Positions 61,170 to 64,000 of a stretch of DNA of 64,000 bases are shown in pieces. The number at the start of each line of letters is the position of its first letter. The first letter of the stretch is position 1. The position numbers and the translations under genes were made by a program. The notes under the pieces were generated by a model. That model saw only the letters and a list, made by a program, of their open reading frames with translations, made no database searches and was not told where the DNA came from. Source of the stretch: a virus (taxonomy: Duplodnaviria > Caudoviricetes); IMG/VR virus record IMGVR_UViG_2884152688_000003, positions 1 through 64,000 of that record. One strand, 5' to 3'.

Positions 61170-63064
61170 TAGGAACGTAGTGATATAAACGAGAATCCTC
61201 GTGATTTTAATCATGAGATGAATCGTAAAATAGATACGTAAATAGTAAGCATATAGAGAAATCTGTATGTAGAGGTGAGAGAAATTCATCCAATACTACT
61301 TGAATTGCTGGAAACCCCTAAAGCTAGTAAAACTACAACATAGAGATGAAATATACTCAAGTGTGAATGTTGCGAAAGCAGAAAAAAATTACTAGATAAC
61401 ATAAGGTTAAATCCTAAGTGTTCTACAATAATGGGCAATCAGCAGGTAAGCTCCGAATAGGAGAAACTTCAACGACTATTCCTCTTGAGGGAAGTACACA
61501 CAAGCGTGTGGAAGTGGGTAGACCTTAACACGTAATGGTGAAGGATAAGATATAGTCTGTGCTTGCACGAAAGTGTAAGAAGTTCATAAGAGAACTGTAT
61601 AGATAGTAGCGAATCTATATGAACGAGACCTCAAAAATGATAAAGTACAAGGTTCAAGGCATTAGTCCAGAAAACTTTTACAAAAATATGGGCTTATTCA
61701 GTAAAATGCGGTACAATTGCCTTATAGAAAAGAGGTGAGAAAATGTATTTAACTGTAAAGCAACAAGTAAAACAATTATCTAAGGAAGACTATAAAAATA
61801 TAAGAGAACTATCTCATGTAGCTAAAAACTTAGCAAATGAAGCTATATATAATATTCGTCAGTATTATTTTCAAGAAGGAGAATATTTGAACTACGAAAA
61901 AAATTATGTATTACTAAAAGATAGTGAAAACTATAAAAAACTAAATTCTAATATGGCACAACAAATATTAAAAGAAGTAGATGGTTCTTTTAAGTCCTTT
62001 TTCAGTCTTATTAAATTAGCTAAGAAAGGAAAGTATTCATTTAGAAATATTAAATTGCCAAAATATCTTCCAAAAGATGGATTTACGACACTTATTATAG
62101 GATTTGTTAGATTAAAGGGAAATCTTTTAACTATACCATATTCTAATCAATTTAAAAAAGAACATTCAACTGTTACTATAAAAATCCCACAAATTCTTTT
62201 AGATAAAAAGATAAAGGAGATAAGAATTATACCTAAAGCTAAAGCTAGGTTCTTTGAGATTCAATATACTTATGAAGTTGAGAAAGAACAAAGAAATTTA
62301 GACAAAAACAAAGCACTAGCAATAGATTTAGGAATTAATAATTTAGCTACTTGTGTGGTATCAACAGGTGAATCCTTCATAGTTGATGGGAGAAGGTTAA
62401 AATCTATAAATCAAGGATATAATAAGCAAAATGCAATATTACAAAGCATTAAAGATAATCAAAAATATGGGAAAAGACCTACAAATAGACAATATAGAAT
62501 TGCTGAAAAAAGAAATAATAAAGTCAATGATTATATGTCTAAAACAGCAAGGATAATAATTAATTATTGCCTTAAAAATAATATTGGAAAAATAGTTTGT
62601 GGGTATAATGAAACATTTCAAAGAAACAGTAAACTTGGCAGAATAAACAATCAAAACTTTACAAATATACCATTTGGTAAACTAAGAGAAAAGTTGGAGT
62701 ATCTATGTGAATTATATGGTATAGAGTTTAAAAAACAAGAAGAAAGTTATACTTCTAAAGCAAGTTTCTTTGATAATGATGAAATCCCAACATATAACAA
62801 TGATAATCCAAAAGAATATGTATTCTCTGGCAAAAGAGTAAAAAGAGGATTGTATAAAACAAAAAAAGGATTAATCTTAAATGCAGATGTAAATGGAGCG
62901 TTAAACATATTAAAGAAAAGTAACGTTGTACCCTTAGAAGGGTTATACACTAGAGGCGAACTGGACACGCCAATACGTATCAAAGTAGTTTAAGCTATGG
63001 AGAACGTAAATAGGTTTAATTAATAAACCTTAGAACCCTGTGATTTTAATCATAGGAGGTTCAG
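61170..63064 (+). mobile_element. IStron 2 (group I intron plus tnpB only, non-autonomous)
   Basis: TTAT| ... TCAG| ends, gtgattttaatcat hairpins, intron core shared with IStron 1. Confidence 0.9.
61743..62993 (+). CDS. tnpB: TnpB of the rearranged-RuvC clade
   Basis: AIDLG; IVCGYN (Gly at canonical Glu); QEESYTS; NADVNGA. Confidence 0.9.
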   Translation: MYLTVKQQVKQLSKEDYKNIRELSHVAKNLANEAIYNIRQYYFQEGEYLNYEKNYVLLKDSENYKKLNSNMAQQILKEVDGSFKSFFSLIKLAKKGKYSFRNIKLPKYLPKDGFTTLIIGFVRLKGNLLTIPYSNQFKKEHSTVTIKIPQILLDKKIKEIRIIPKAKARFFEIQYTYEVEKEQRNLDKNKALAIDLGINNLATCVVSTGESFIVDGRRLKSINQGYNKQNAILQSIKDNQKYGKRPTNRQYRIAEKRNNKVNDYMSKTARIIINYCLKNNIGKIVCGYNETFQRNSKLGRINNQNFTNIPFGKLREKLEYLCELYGIEFKKQEESYTSKASFFDNDEIPTYNNDNPKEYVFSGKRVKRGLYKTKKGLILNADVNGALNILKKSNVVPLEGLYTRGELDTPIRIKVV

Positions 63065-64000
63065 GGTGGGTTAGATGCTCTTAATGCTTTTGCTGGAGGT
63101 TTAGATAAATTAGTAGGTTTTGCAGAAAAATATAATCTTCAACTACCTGTTATGGCATCAGGGCTAGGGATGTTAAAAAGTTCATTTAATGGGTTTAAGA
63201 CACCTATAAAAACGTGGGAAGAATTACTTGGGAACGATACTCCTAAGAAACATTCTAAAGCTACAAACAAACCGAAAATAACAGCAGATTCTTTCTCTAA
63301 ACCTAGAGATATAAAAGAACAAACAAATGCAGTAAATACATTGACTAAAGCTAATGATAAAAATACTCAATCTATAAGATCTAATGTCAAGGCAAGTGAA
63401 AGAACACCAGAACAAGCAAAAGCTGTTAGAAAAGAATTAGCATCTCAATTTAAGACTGTTGATTCATTAGGTAAAGCAAAAGAGAAAGATTTAGATATAA
63501 CTAAAAAAGGGATTTCAGCTAATATTAAGGCAGCCGAAAGTGCTAAACAACACAGAAAAGGGATATCTGGACAAGTCCAAGAACTTAAGTCTTTAAATAA
63601 AGTTAGTTCACAATCGTCCAAAATAGGTATAGGAGATAAAATCAGTGGAGTAACAAAAGGAATAGGTGGGGTAGCTAAAAATCTATTATCTGGTGTTGGA
63701 GGAATGTTAGCAACAGGTGCTTTATATGGTGGAGCTACTTTAGCTATATCTAAAGGATTAGAATATGGGTATAAAGGATACCAAAAGTTAACTAATGGTG
63801 TGAACATGTCTAGGCAAGCCCACATAGATAGAAGAAATGCCTTAGTAGGTGAGAACAAAGCTATTTCTTCAAATATAAACTTTTTACAAAACAATAAAAA
63901 AGAATATGATTCTTTAAGAAATAAACAAAAGCAGTTATCAAACACGCCATATGAGAATATGTCAGAATCGCAAAAGGCTGATATGGACAAATTAAAGGCA
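63065..64000 (+). CDS. tape measure protein, exon 2 (runs off window)
   Basis: Frame GGLDALNAFAGGLDKLV... open to the edge; continues ...GKAVY. Confidence 0.85.

Noticed and set aside
318-63990. Many opposite-strand ORFs in the track (e.g. 318..599, 11313..11747, 23063..23581, 63445..63990)
   Set aside because: Shadow frames of genuine genes, lacking RBS and with mirror composition

Overview
AT-rich segment of a large SPbeta/c-st/phiCD211-like Firmicutes siphovirus that appears to be a phage-plasmid. 1-23 kb: leftward early/accessory array of about 55 short ORFs (Sak4-like ATPase, SSB, ThyX-like, RNA ligase, deoxyribosyltransferase, phosphoesterase, HicB), punctuated at gene junctions by a palindromic AATAAAA-N6-TTTTATT motif. 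23-31 kb: immunity/maintenance module (two CI-like repressors, antirepressor, candidate ncRNA, ParA plus partner and 8-bp centromere repeats, tyrosine-recombinase-fold MrpR-like protein). 31-36 kb: anti-defence-like genes, a candidate type I toxin-antitoxin locus and a non-coding strand-switch region. 36-43 kb: sigma-like activator, iteron origin plus Rep_3 initiator, HU-like gene, an IS605 element, tRNA-Asn and a cluster of structured RNAs including a ~565-nt ROOL-like RNA. 43-64 kb: head and tail genes, in which two adjacent tail genes (including the tape measure) are each interrupted by an IStron (group I intron plus IS605 ends plus TnpB); the two share a ribozyme core but carry unrelated TnpBs. 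All family assignments come from motif recognition by eye, not database searches.
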